Origin: Corallochytrium limacisporum Hawaii
Lineage: Eukaryota; Protista; Pluriformea
Length of the DNA stretch: 64,000 bases
NCBI GenBank assembly: GCA_002811645.1
Contig: PDIP01000042.1
Coordinates: 34,736-98,735 of the forward strand
Direction of reading: 5' to 3'
Shown here in pieces: positions 55,901 to 64,000 of the stretch (position 1 is the first letter of the stretch; every line of letters starts with the position of its first letter). The notes beneath the pieces were generated by a model. It worked only from the letters and a program-made list of their open reading frames with translations, made no database searches and was not told the DNA's origin. The translations under genes were made by a program, and so were the position numbers.

Positions 55901-56397
55901 CTGGTTGCCCGTCTATTCAGGGTGTAAGTGGCCCAGCCTTGAGACTCTTCTCCCTCTACGACCTCATTGCTATTGTCTGACGGCTCGGCGTTGTTGTCCG
56001 TCCCCGAGTCCGAACTTAGGAATGTAGCATATCCATTCTGAACGTTCTCTGTGTTGCTGTTAGCAGCTCCGGGTGGTCCACTTGGCGTTCTCTCTGTACC
56101 AATTATACTCTCTGAGCGCTCTCTTACATTGGGCCTTTCCGGTAGGTTGGACGCCTCCGGAACACTGTTGCTAACGGAGGCATTATCGTCTCCCTCCCGG
56201 ATGACATGGGTTGCTTGGTTGTTATTACTGTTTGTTACCGAATGACTTGGTCCCGGTTCTTCTGAACCACGGGTGTTGTCATCTCTTCCTGTCATACTGA
56301 GTGATTGTGTTATAAGTCTGGTTACATCTAACCAGCGTAGTCTTTGCAAATAGTTCCATACACTGGACCCATTGTCCTCATTTTCATTTTGGACCAT
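52948..56397 (-). CDS. LRR + WD40 protein similar to plant DWD HYPERSENSITIVE TO UV-B 1
   Basis: 1149 aa. LRRs (LPNLRYLDVSRNDI), LRRcap (YRSFILDKCPQLDIIDG), WD40 with PRQFEFNP, LTSLHANCTD, HINVIKFAN, FATSSFDKETKLWDIR (DWD box), GNVMVCFSPDD, NYTRSYYMN. Confidence 0.9.
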   Translation of the reverse strand: MVQNENEDNGSSVWNYLQRLRWLDVTRLITQSLSMTGRDDNTRGSEEPGPSHSVTNSNNNQATHVIREGDDNASVSNSVPEASNLPERPNVRERSESIIGTERTPSGPPGAANSNTENVQNGYATFLSSDSGTDNNAEPSDNSNEVVEGEESQGWATYTLNRRATSPFLVAFLTEVDDIGDDFDRSLQERANQAARLLALAREQMQSTSAGRGPANSSAATTEEATSAIMQNSTTTAQTRRRRMRDNMAERRRMRQSAHSEHIGELDEFELHARREIALGVTHGPMQNQRIPVYEGVKHIELLNTTVALQQLTIVASTLTSLRLMNADVKTLDDLLETLPNLRYLDVSRNDIELIDALTFLDSEDTAGIRPISELHHDRLQVLLLDYNPCVLRDHSLQGLKSLETLSCVGTEVCNLWDVTEAVRRCPTLKRVYFRQPHEFQRISGRRMCRSCREFLSNVDVSDDDMLLQDERPFIQFQRVIEDAKPYFVTLDRDHCCLSMPWLNYVHRLEEGMILRGDGNEVYGARMITEETETENNSLVNSGAGPSRKRIRGNDGTATSSSNSHHRPREEDTENGYVAAPAVDASFDYVAQSPICHNVCYRSFILDKCPQLDIIDGYKVREYERGSAKSLLAAWYEEYSKATAVTPPPEQQRHPKAHVTTESVPALTMLREMGMRWKGAISRGPESAAGPSRLATAVVQTTNRHGGTATTSRRSMGVQTASLDELAATTQTEDTSSSPRTATTPSPAAKRQKRSTGQETTGASGLHGASFVTPTRKPKHATPMHQFSSPFRTAIRSPSASVGGAFQKTVTRRLLNRQAVTYYGSWSVRLNPRQFEFNPHLAHCMIVGTTDGKIALYNHHTDQLTGILQTNTSRSILGLSWLNKHPYKFLAGCDRGTIALYDSTLINEDAHSKEAAITAFPHFPKLTSLHANCTDDWFLTSGYINDVGLYDLNRGTKIKDLKALHGKHINVIKFANKSPYLFATSSFDKETKLWDIRAPGPPIFSRTSQEGNVMVCFSPDDRHLLVSAIDNEVKQYTMDGQLHCDFSMRRRRSDRNYTRSYYMNRGDYIVSGSCEEPSIRVYNAQTGKFVTEVDMNCHSTRPDRCLYVQSLRGDPFVDNHMNVLVNYPSPSRGIISDLQTGSLIRIALH

Positions 56398-57178
56398 ATG
56401 TCATACAGTTTAGTTGGTTTCATGGACTTGTCTCTGTATGCTCCTACACATTTACTTCGTATCTATCACTTTAGGACACCTACCAAAGCTCGATGCAGAT
56501 CCTGTGGACTTCTACTCTCCGGAGCAGAGTCTGCCAGATACGATTGGTACGGTCCATCCGAATCAAGTCGTACAGTACAAGCCTTCATCTACCTGATTGT
56601 TCCACTGTATGCGGTCAGTGTACGAGAAGATCTGAATCACTTCATTGCTCACAACGGGTCTCCACAGGGGTTGAAGCAAGGGACCCTTTCAGCGGCGTGT
56701 TAGGGTAAGGTGAGCTGGCCCTGCAGTCCAGAACATTTTCACTTGAACCAAACTCTCTCTTTCACTTTGCCCGGCCCGTGCCGGCTCTGCCGAGGCTGCT
56801 CAGCTGCCTTTCTCTCCGTAGTGGCGTGCCCAGGCGCCGTTGCAGGACGATCCCGCAGGAATTCCGCACCCAAACACCCCCTCTTCCTAATCCACAGTCC
56901 ACGAGCGAAAATAGAGTGAGAACGCTGAGGAACGTTCAATATGAAGTTGCCTTCTCACCACTTGAAACAGCACCGGAATAGTCATCCGTCAGTTGTCAAG
57001 TCGAAAGCAGGCGTTGTCTGACAATTTCTGCCCGTGGCTTGTTGCAGGAAGGGTTGAATAGTTCGAGTCTCACCAAAGAGGCTCGTCCCTCCCGGCTCCG
57101 CCACCGTTTGCCCAAGCAACGCAACCGCCATTTCCCGGTCAGCAAAGCCACCTGCGAAGTGAAATGACCTTCAGCCTC

Positions 57179-57731
57179 TCAAACCTGCCCGCCTAGCCCA
57201 ATCTGTGCCACCGACTCCATTCTGGTGAAATGGTAGACCGCGAGAGATTGATTGCCTGTATACTTCAATATTCTATACTGAAAGTATATGGTGAGTCCGG
57301 AGGGGTATGGTGCTAATTCCAGTTTCGTCCCGAAGGCTGTGTAGGGGGGGTTTCCGGCTGGGGCCTTGAAGGTATATTTGACCGCCGGTCCAGGAGAAGC
57401 CTCGCTGACACCTAAATCCCAGAGCACTAAGTGGCCCGTTTCAATATACGGATGTACTACTTTACTATTATAATCGGATACTGTACTTCTTTGAAATTTG
57501 CGTCACTAGAATTAAATCCATTGTTTTAAAATAGTCGACTTCATTGTATATAATATACTGACTTTGATAAAAATTGGTAGGTTTAGTACCAAGTAGGTCG
57601 TCTAAGTGTTTAGGAGCGAAAACCCTGCCACTTTGAAATTGGCGAAACGCCAAGTAAACGATAAGCGCCAAAAAGGCAATGCACAACCCCTCATTTCCAA
57701 CAATGCTCTTCTTAAGACGCACTCATCCCAT
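57179..57731 (-). pseudogene. AT-rich disrupted ORF, signal-anchor protein-like
   Basis: ATG GGA TGA, then an 84-codon frame with a TM (GLCIAFLALIVYLAF). It overlaps a second open frame of ~107 codons (RKFQRSTVSDY...GLGGQV). Confidence 0.3.
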
Positions 57732-58345
57732 ACAAATTATATGAGTTTTATGAGGCAGTTGTCATCGGTAAGAGACGAGTTTTGTCCTGGGTGTTTTTAC
57801 GCCACAGTTGGCGGCACATGGAGAACGGAGGAGCAGCGGCCGAGGAGAGAAAGGGCCTTCACCCGTATCCGTGCATTCGGATGGTCGGAAATGTATTGGC
57901 ATTTGGGTTGCAGCCAAGGGGAGTACCTGAAACAAATGCCATTCCACACCATTGATTATTTGGTAGGCATAATCGATTCTCAGGCACTTTCTGCATCATG
58001 CATCGTTTCAGTAGCAGTTTAGATTATGTGCTAGCGAATTTATGTACAACTTTGATAAGATCCTATTTGAAAACATAAAGCATAATTGTAAGGTGAATTT
58101 CTTGGCGCAATCCGTACAAAACACAGGCTCAGTGCCTTAGTTCCAACCGCAAAGCGGTGCGTAGGTCCCGAGTTTGTGTCTGTTCGTGATCTCTTAAATT
58201 TACTTTATGCTATCTGAAGGCAAGAGTTGAATCTGAAGAGATATTAATCATGAGTTCGGGTTAATGAGCAAACAGCCCAAATATATTCTACGGAGCCTGA
58301 GTAGATCACCTCCCCCCCCTGCTGCCATTTTACTAGAGATCCGAA

Positions 58346-61300
58346 ATGGTAAACATACCCGAAACGTCAGGGTCAGGACGGGCCCGCAGAGGCATAAAAT
58401 CCGTCAGCGGTAAGGATTCCTTTATGGTGGTTCGACGTGATGTCAAGACGAATTACAAGCGCGAACTGCCGGTTGTGGTAGAGACTATCTTAGCTGCGAA
58501 ACAGTTCGGTCTGCCGGATGATAAGATTGACCAAGTTGCTACCAAACCATACAGCGAATTTGCCGTTTCTTTGCGACGGAGGCGGAAAGTCCATACTGAC
58601 ATGGAAGGTCTAGCCCCACTTGCCTCATCAAGCAAAGGACTGGACAGAAGTACACTGAAGACGAGGGCACAACTGAAGAAGGATCTCGAAGAGTTGGCGA
58701 GGCTAGATTGTGCGTCCAAGATTGACACATCTGCAGCGAAGGAAGCCACCGAAGGAGAGGCCACCAAATCGACGGATGGCGAGAAACCTTCGATGGAAGT
58801 CGATAAGGACGAGTCCCCAGCCAAAGAAGAAGCACCTGTAGCTGCGAGAATGGAAGGCGGTAGCAAGGACGATGAAAAGAAAGCTGATAAACTGTCGGAT
58901 ACAGCCAACGCGGAAAAGAAAGATGGTGCCGAAGAAGACCACACCAAAGAAGAGGGCACTGAGGAAAGAAAAGATGCAGCAGCAGCAGCTGCGGCAGCAG
59001 CAGCCGCAACAGACAGCGGCAAAGAATCTGCGAAAGACGACCCAGCAGCAGCAGCTGCTGCGGCCGCAGCGGCCGCTTCAGTGCCAGAGTCAGCACCAGT
59101 CTCTAAAGTACCGTCATCAACAAAGATCGACACTCCTTTGCCCGTTGGCACGCCTGCTCCTGTCAGTGTTGGCACTCCAGCAGGCACGGGTATGAACCCC
59201 ATGACCCCGGGAGGTATCATAGCTGGCACCCCTGCAGGCACGACCCCGGGTGTAGTCGCCACTGAGGGTGGCAGTGGTGATCTCTTGTTGGCGGCCATGC
59301 ACAAGGAAGAGCAGGATCGCCAGGACGGGACTATTGTTACGCCATGGGTACGCAAGAATGTGTGGTCGAAGGATTCCAAGGAGCACGAGGTCTACTGCTG
59401 GATGCGCAGTGACAATTTTAGCCGACCTTTGGACTCTTCCACAGTGGCATTCCGCACTATGAGTGATTCAAATGGCACACACACACTAGCTTTCAGCGAG
59501 GCGGAGTGGAATGAGTTCCTCGAGCCTATTGCGCAAAAAGACCGGCTTGGATGGACCCGTGCCACCACAGAATATCTTTTTGAGCTTGTACGAGAACAGA
59601 ACCATCGATGGCCGCTCATCGAGGATCAATTCCGTCAGGTTATGGAGGAAAAGTACCTACGGGACCAGAAGGAAGAAGAAGAGAAGCAGCGTAAGGAAGA
59701 AGAGGAGCGGAAGCAGCGCGAGGCAGAAGAAGCGGCAAACGCAGCGAAAGAGGCGGAAACGAAGGCAGCAGCAGGCACCGGCGGAGATAGTGCTAGTAAT
59801 GCCGACGCTATGGCTGGTGAGAAGGCTGATGGAGCTGCAGACACTGGCGAAAAGTGTTCCACCCCCGTATCAGCCGAGGTCATGGATGTTGACAGCGAGA
59901 AGAAGGCTGACGACGAAAAGAAGGACGATGCTACCAAGACTTCAGCTAACGGAGATGCTTGTGATACTGCTGGCGCTGCTGCCGATGCCGCGACCACTGA
60001 CGAGACCACCGCAAAGGAAGATGGCACCACCACTGGCTCTGCCGTCGGAGGAGGAGCCAAAGACGCATCGCCCGTAGCGGTGGTGCCTAATGGCTCCGAC
60101 GGTGAGAAGACTGCTGCCGATGCGGAGGCAGCAGCTGCAGCTGCTGCTGCGGCGACTGGTGCTGGGAAAGACGATGACGCCACAGCTGTCCAGAAAGGTG
60201 CCCCTGAAAGCGGTGAAGACGATGTTCCCAAAGATACGGTGATGCTCGATGGCGTGCCTGTGAAGCTAAACCTTGTGATCCCCGGCGTCTCTGCCCTTGT
60301 GCCCCAGGTACAACCTCGTCGTAAGAAGCGCCGCAAGCCGAAGGTAGATGAAAAAGCCCTGGAGGAGCAAAAGAGGAGAGAAGAAGCCGAAGCAGCTGCA
60401 AAAGAAGCTGACAAGACCGAAGAGGAGAAAAAGGCTGAAGAAGAACAGCGGCAGCGTGAGGAAGAGGAGCGCTTGCGACTGGAAGAAGAGGCACGTAAGG
60501 CAGCCGAGCCCGGCCAAATGTCTCTGAGTGGTAGCGTTTTGCCCTTGAAGGTTCTAAACAAGCTCGACGAACTCAGATTCCCGCACGTGGAGTGTAACAT
60601 CGAGGAACTCAAGAGCTGGTACTACAAAGTATGTGCTGTAGTTCTGGAAAAACGCAGCATGCTGGGCATGTCGTTGCATCGCGATGACACAGAAGCGCTG
60701 GGTTACTATCAGGCCTTTGATAGCCGCCAGGAGAAAGCTCGTGTGCGCCAGCTGAAGCGTCTTAATGCGATCGGCGAGTCGACTGCATCAGTGGCTATGC
60801 AGACTCTGTACCTTTCGCTCGAGGCAGCTGCGGTAGAGCACCGGCGTGTGGAACGATGGGCTGAGCTGGAGGAAGGCAATTCAGTATTGAAACTCTTAAG
60901 AAATGACCGCCCTCCGACAGCTTTTATGCTGAAGCGAAATCTGACGCCCATGATTCGCATGCAGATCAATGCATTGACTGGTCGCACCATGGCCGCAGAA
61001 CGTAAGCGTCACCACCATCGGCACCACCACCACCATCAGCACCACGGCCACCAGAGGCAAGAGCGGGATGAAGACCAACAACACCACGGAGGCGAGGACG
61101 GTGATCACAAGCCAGCTCTGGTCCATCCGGAACATTACTCGGACCTTCAGGGCACTGTGGGCTACCTGGGCAACCTGCCGGCACAACTGCAGATGCAAAT
61201 GCTGCTGCAGTACGAAACCCTCTTTGGCATTCGCCCTCGTATCCACCCGAACGCTTCCGTGCTCGGCAAGGACGGAAAGAAGACCGGCAGTAGTGTCGGT

Positions 61301-63508
61301 CTGGGCGGTGCGAAGAAGGAAGGCAGCCTGCGCAACACTGGTAAGGCTGCAACGAAGAGCAAAAAAGGAGCGTCACTGGCCAGTGCAGCCGGGCCTTCTG
61401 GCGCGCACGGCGATGTCGACGGCAAGACCGACGGTCAGTCGCTGCCAATTGCAAGACCCGGCGCGGGATTAGCAGAAGGCCTCGTCGAGCCGTTGCTGCT
61501 GACAGCGCAGAGCTATGAATGGACTAAAGTAATGGAGGCTGAGGCCCGGGCGAAGAACAGTACCAGCACTGCCAGTGGCAATGCCTACGATCCACTCTCC
61601 GGCGCAGGTGGTGCCCTCGGGGATCCGCTTGGACTGATGAGCGATACGCCCCCGCCCGGCATCCCTGGACACATCATGGCACCGACGGAGACGGACAGTA
61701 GCAGCAAAGACGACACCTCCGCATCCGCTGCAGTGATCCGCAAACGCGCTGTCATTCCCCACACCCGCAGCGATGATATGGCTATTGCCAGCTCCAACGT
61801 CGACGGCCATGCACATGACAAATCGTACTGGACGAAGCTTGACGGACGAGTCGAACTGTTTACCTCGGTGCCCCTATCCACGGCCCCGTTTGAGGCGCGG
61901 GACACTGAGAAGAGCCACCACCACGGCCATCACCACCATCATCACCATGGAGGTCACGGCAAGCATCATGGCCACCACAGCGGCCGCAAGCGCACGCACC
62001 GTGGATCTGCGACCACAACCACGGACGATGGCATGACTCTCGGTGTTGGTGGTGGGGTTTTCGGTGGAGGTGACCACAACACGCGCGGCAGTGCTGTGGG
62101 CATTGACGCTGCCACCTCTGCTGCTGCTGCGGCCGGTGCGGCTGCGTCGCTGAGCCGGGAATCACGAATCGGGCATTTACCGTCCACCATGCTTTGGAAC
62201 ATTGTATCGGCGCTAAGGAACGGGGGATCAGGCGCCAGTGGTGCTCCTGGAGCCACAGGAGTCGTGGACAGCAGCGGAGCAGCCGCCGACGCAGCCAAGG
62301 CAGCCGCTGCTGGCGGCTTAGCTGCGGCTGCATCCGCAGGAGGCACCTCGCTGGCGGCAAACATCACAGCTGGTGTGGAGGTCATGCCTTCTCCCATTGC
62401 TGTCGATGTCATAACCGGACCGCACTTGCGAAGCCAGTTGATGAAAGCACATGACCCGATTTCTGCGACCTCTCCGACGGGCCGAGAAACGGAGTCCTGT
62501 GCAGATTTACTGTCTTCACTGGGAATGGACGAGCGCGCAATTGACGCGCTGCTGCCTTCCCAGGCAGTCGGACACGCATTGATGGCCTTGAAAGACAAGC
62601 TTGCACTGATTGCGCAGGTCGTGTGCCAACTGGAGAATCTCGCCCATGAGGAGGCGATGCTTGCGCAATGCAAGAACCTTATCCTGCGCTCTATGAAAGC
62701 GGCCGGGTTCCCAAATCACCAAATTGCAGAAGTGGAGATTGGCGACTACGAATCCTTTCTGCGCGTACCGGGACCGCCAACTATTCTACGCGGGTACCCA
62801 GGAGAGGCTGATGCCGGTGGCACTGGTGCGGACGATTCCGGGGCCCCCGAAGCGGACAAACCGGACGGACCAGCAGCTGCCTCTGGAACTGCCGCAGACT
62901 CAACTTCGGGCGCAGTTGTTAAGGAAGAGCAGGACATAGATACCGCTGCGGTGGCTGACAATGATAGAGGTGAGACGGAGGACAAGGACGAAACCACCGC
63001 TGGGGAAGCACAGGAGGCCACAGATGACGGCGTAGAGAAAACCGCACCGGAAACCAACGGAGGTCTTGCAGCTGCCCAGGAGAACAAAAACAAGGTCGAC
63101 GATAAAGCTGACAAAGACGACGCTGAGGGTGACGATGCTATGGCAGTCGACGAAACTGTTACCGCGGCCAAGAAGGACGGCAACAGCGATGGCGATGCAG
63201 CCACCAAGGACAGCGGTGATCAGCCCCCAGAGGAGGAGAAGATGGACCTCGACAAGGACGCCGCTGCAGCGGCACATGATGCGGCGGCCGCCGCTGCGAC
63301 CGCCAGTGCCGCAGACGCAGAAGCAGCCGAAAACGGTCCCGAGATCGAGGAGACCGTTTCTGTCGAGCCGCTGAAAGCAATACCTTCGGAATGGGAGATT
63401 GCGACTATTCTGCACAGCTACTCTAGGGGGCGGTCCGCGGCCCTGCTGCAGGCAGAGGCCATGCGCCAACTGCTCGAACAGCGCCACCGCCAACAGGAGC
63501 AGAAATGA
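58346..63508 (+). CDS. DMAP1: DMAP1/SWC4/EAF2 homologue (NuA4/SWR1 subunit), greatly expanded
   Basis: 1720 aa. SANT start FSEAEWNEFL...WTRATTEYLFELV...RWPLIEDQF; later IEELKSWYYKVC, FDSRQEKARVRQLKRL, GPHLRSQLMK and LPSQAVGHALMALKDKL...LENL, collinear with remembered DMAP1 motifs. Confidence 0.82.
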   Translation: MVNIPETSGSGRARRGIKSVSGKDSFMVVRRDVKTNYKRELPVVVETILAAKQFGLPDDKIDQVATKPYSEFAVSLRRRRKVHTDMEGLAPLASSSKGLDRSTLKTRAQLKKDLEELARLDCASKIDTSAAKEATEGEATKSTDGEKPSMEVDKDESPAKEEAPVAARMEGGSKDDEKKADKLSDTANAEKKDGAEEDHTKEEGTEERKDAAAAAAAAAAATDSGKESAKDDPAAAAAAAAAAASVPESAPVSKVPSSTKIDTPLPVGTPAPVSVGTPAGTGMNPMTPGGIIAGTPAGTTPGVVATEGGSGDLLLAAMHKEEQDRQDGTIVTPWVRKNVWSKDSKEHEVYCWMRSDNFSRPLDSSTVAFRTMSDSNGTHTLAFSEAEWNEFLEPIAQKDRLGWTRATTEYLFELVREQNHRWPLIEDQFRQVMEEKYLRDQKEEEEKQRKEEEERKQREAEEAANAAKEAETKAAAGTGGDSASNADAMAGEKADGAADTGEKCSTPVSAEVMDVDSEKKADDEKKDDATKTSANGDACDTAGAAADAATTDETTAKEDGTTTGSAVGGGAKDASPVAVVPNGSDGEKTAADAEAAAAAAAAATGAGKDDDATAVQKGAPESGEDDVPKDTVMLDGVPVKLNLVIPGVSALVPQVQPRRKKRRKPKVDEKALEEQKRREEAEAAAKEADKTEEEKKAEEEQRQREEEERLRLEEEARKAAEPGQMSLSGSVLPLKVLNKLDELRFPHVECNIEELKSWYYKVCAVVLEKRSMLGMSLHRDDTEALGYYQAFDSRQEKARVRQLKRLNAIGESTASVAMQTLYLSLEAAAVEHRRVERWAELEEGNSVLKLLRNDRPPTAFMLKRNLTPMIRMQINALTGRTMAAERKRHHHRHHHHHQHHGHQRQERDEDQQHHGGEDGDHKPALVHPEHYSDLQGTVGYLGNLPAQLQMQMLLQYETLFGIRPRIHPNASVLGKDGKKTGSSVGLGGAKKEGSLRNTGKAATKSKKGASLASAAGPSGAHGDVDGKTDGQSLPIARPGAGLAEGLVEPLLLTAQSYEWTKVMEAEARAKNSTSTASGNAYDPLSGAGGALGDPLGLMSDTPPPGIPGHIMAPTETDSSSKDDTSASAAVIRKRAVIPHTRSDDMAIASSNVDGHAHDKSYWTKLDGRVELFTSVPLSTAPFEARDTEKSHHHGHHHHHHHGGHGKHHGHHSGRKRTHRGSATTTTDDGMTLGVGGGVFGGGDHNTRGSAVGIDAATSAAAAAGAAASLSRESRIGHLPSTMLWNIVSALRNGGSGASGAPGATGVVDSSGAAADAAKAAAAGGLAAAASAGGTSLAANITAGVEVMPSPIAVDVITGPHLRSQLMKAHDPISATSPTGRETESCADLLSSLGMDERAIDALLPSQAVGHALMALKDKLALIAQVVCQLENLAHEEAMLAQCKNLILRSMKAAGFPNHQIAEVEIGDYESFLRVPGPPTILRGYPGEADAGGTGADDSGAPEADKPDGPAAASGTAADSTSGAVVKEEQDIDTAAVADNDRGETEDKDETTAGEAQEATDDGVEKTAPETNGGLAAAQENKNKVDDKADKDDAEGDDAMAVDETVTAAKKDGNSDGDAATKDSGDQPPEEEKMDLDKDAAAAAHDAAAAAATASAADAEAAENGPEIEETVSVEPLKAIPSEWEIATILHSYSRGRSAALLQAEAMRQLLEQRHRQQEQK

Positions 63509-64000
63509 GACCATGATAATTGAATCATTGGCGAAGATCATGCCCACCAATTGGAAATCATTTCATCTGCAATAAATTCTGTATAAGAGTATGCGATCTA
63601 TCTCCATGACAGATACATCTGTGCCATGTCTGTGAAGATGTGTTGACTTTAAAGGAGCCCCTTTGCGGTAGTGGCCAGTGCTGTCCATGGGGCCCCGGAG
63701 GGAAACGAGAGAAGTACACAGTCCGAACGTGCATGATCCTTCCCCCGGTCAGTTTTGTCGGGTACCAACTGTCCGGAACCAGGTTTAGACCCGTGTAATG
63801 GTGGACGAGCAGAAGAAAAGAGTGTGATGGGTTGGGAAAGGGGCGGTTGCCCCATGTGCGGGGAGACCCGCCACCCGGCTCGGACGGGCAGAAGGCCTTA
63901 CATACGCAAAAGCTCTACCGCCATTAGCCTCCCCTCCTGTCACACTCGACACCACTCTCTGTTCCTTTCCCAATCGGCCCCCCTCCCCCCGGGGGGGGGG

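Noticed and set aside
58310-58345. gccattttactagagatccg, resembling U5 snRNA loop I
   Set aside because: The invariant GCCTTTTAC is not matched, there is no supporting stem or Sm site, and it sits directly in the DMAP1 5' leader.
58453-63550. Long antisense ORFs (308, 325, 235, 216 aa) opposite DMAP1, and similar shadows opposite CASP, HECT, AAA and Mlx
   Set aside because: Expected antisense shadows of GC-rich, GCN/GAN-biased coding sequence; no domains.

Overview
Gene-dense, almost intron-free eukaryotic DNA. The gene content (Mlx bHLH-ZIP, CASP with a metazoan-type luminal tail, C2CD5, TMEM186) suggests a unicellular opisthokont/holozoan such as a Corallochytrium-like protist; that assignment is inference. 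The first ~5 kb is microsatellite/homopolymer-rich and non-coding. It is followed by about 20 apparently single-exon genes: Mlx, SmE, CASP/COY1, PfkB/ribokinase-like, TRIP12/UFD4/UPL3-type HECT E3, UBA52, an uncharacterised Cys-containing membrane protein, a secreted repeat-peptide precursor, SIRT5/CobB, a small mitochondrial membrane protein, holocytochrome c synthase, a C-terminal calponin-homology actin binder, a PhnP-like MBL hydrolase, C2CD5, TMEM186, a putative divergent beta-barrel protein, a membrane metallophosphoesterase, an FHA-AAA ATPase, a DHU1-like LRR-WD40 protein and a giant DMAP1/SWC4. The most notable items are: (1) a candidate bicistronic TMEM186 + Omp85-like locus with a 13-nt gap, a 568-nt ATG-free stretch and no uninterrupted in-frame AUG start; (2) a signal-peptide/furin-site repeat-peptide precursor with a 2-nt frameshift, in an accessory region with decayed membrane-protein genes; (3) three adjacent genes of families best known from plants; (4) a DMAP1 SANT domain split by a ~310-aa insert. 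No tRNA, rRNA, CRISPR array or intact transposon was recognised. All family assignments come from remembered motifs; no searches were run.
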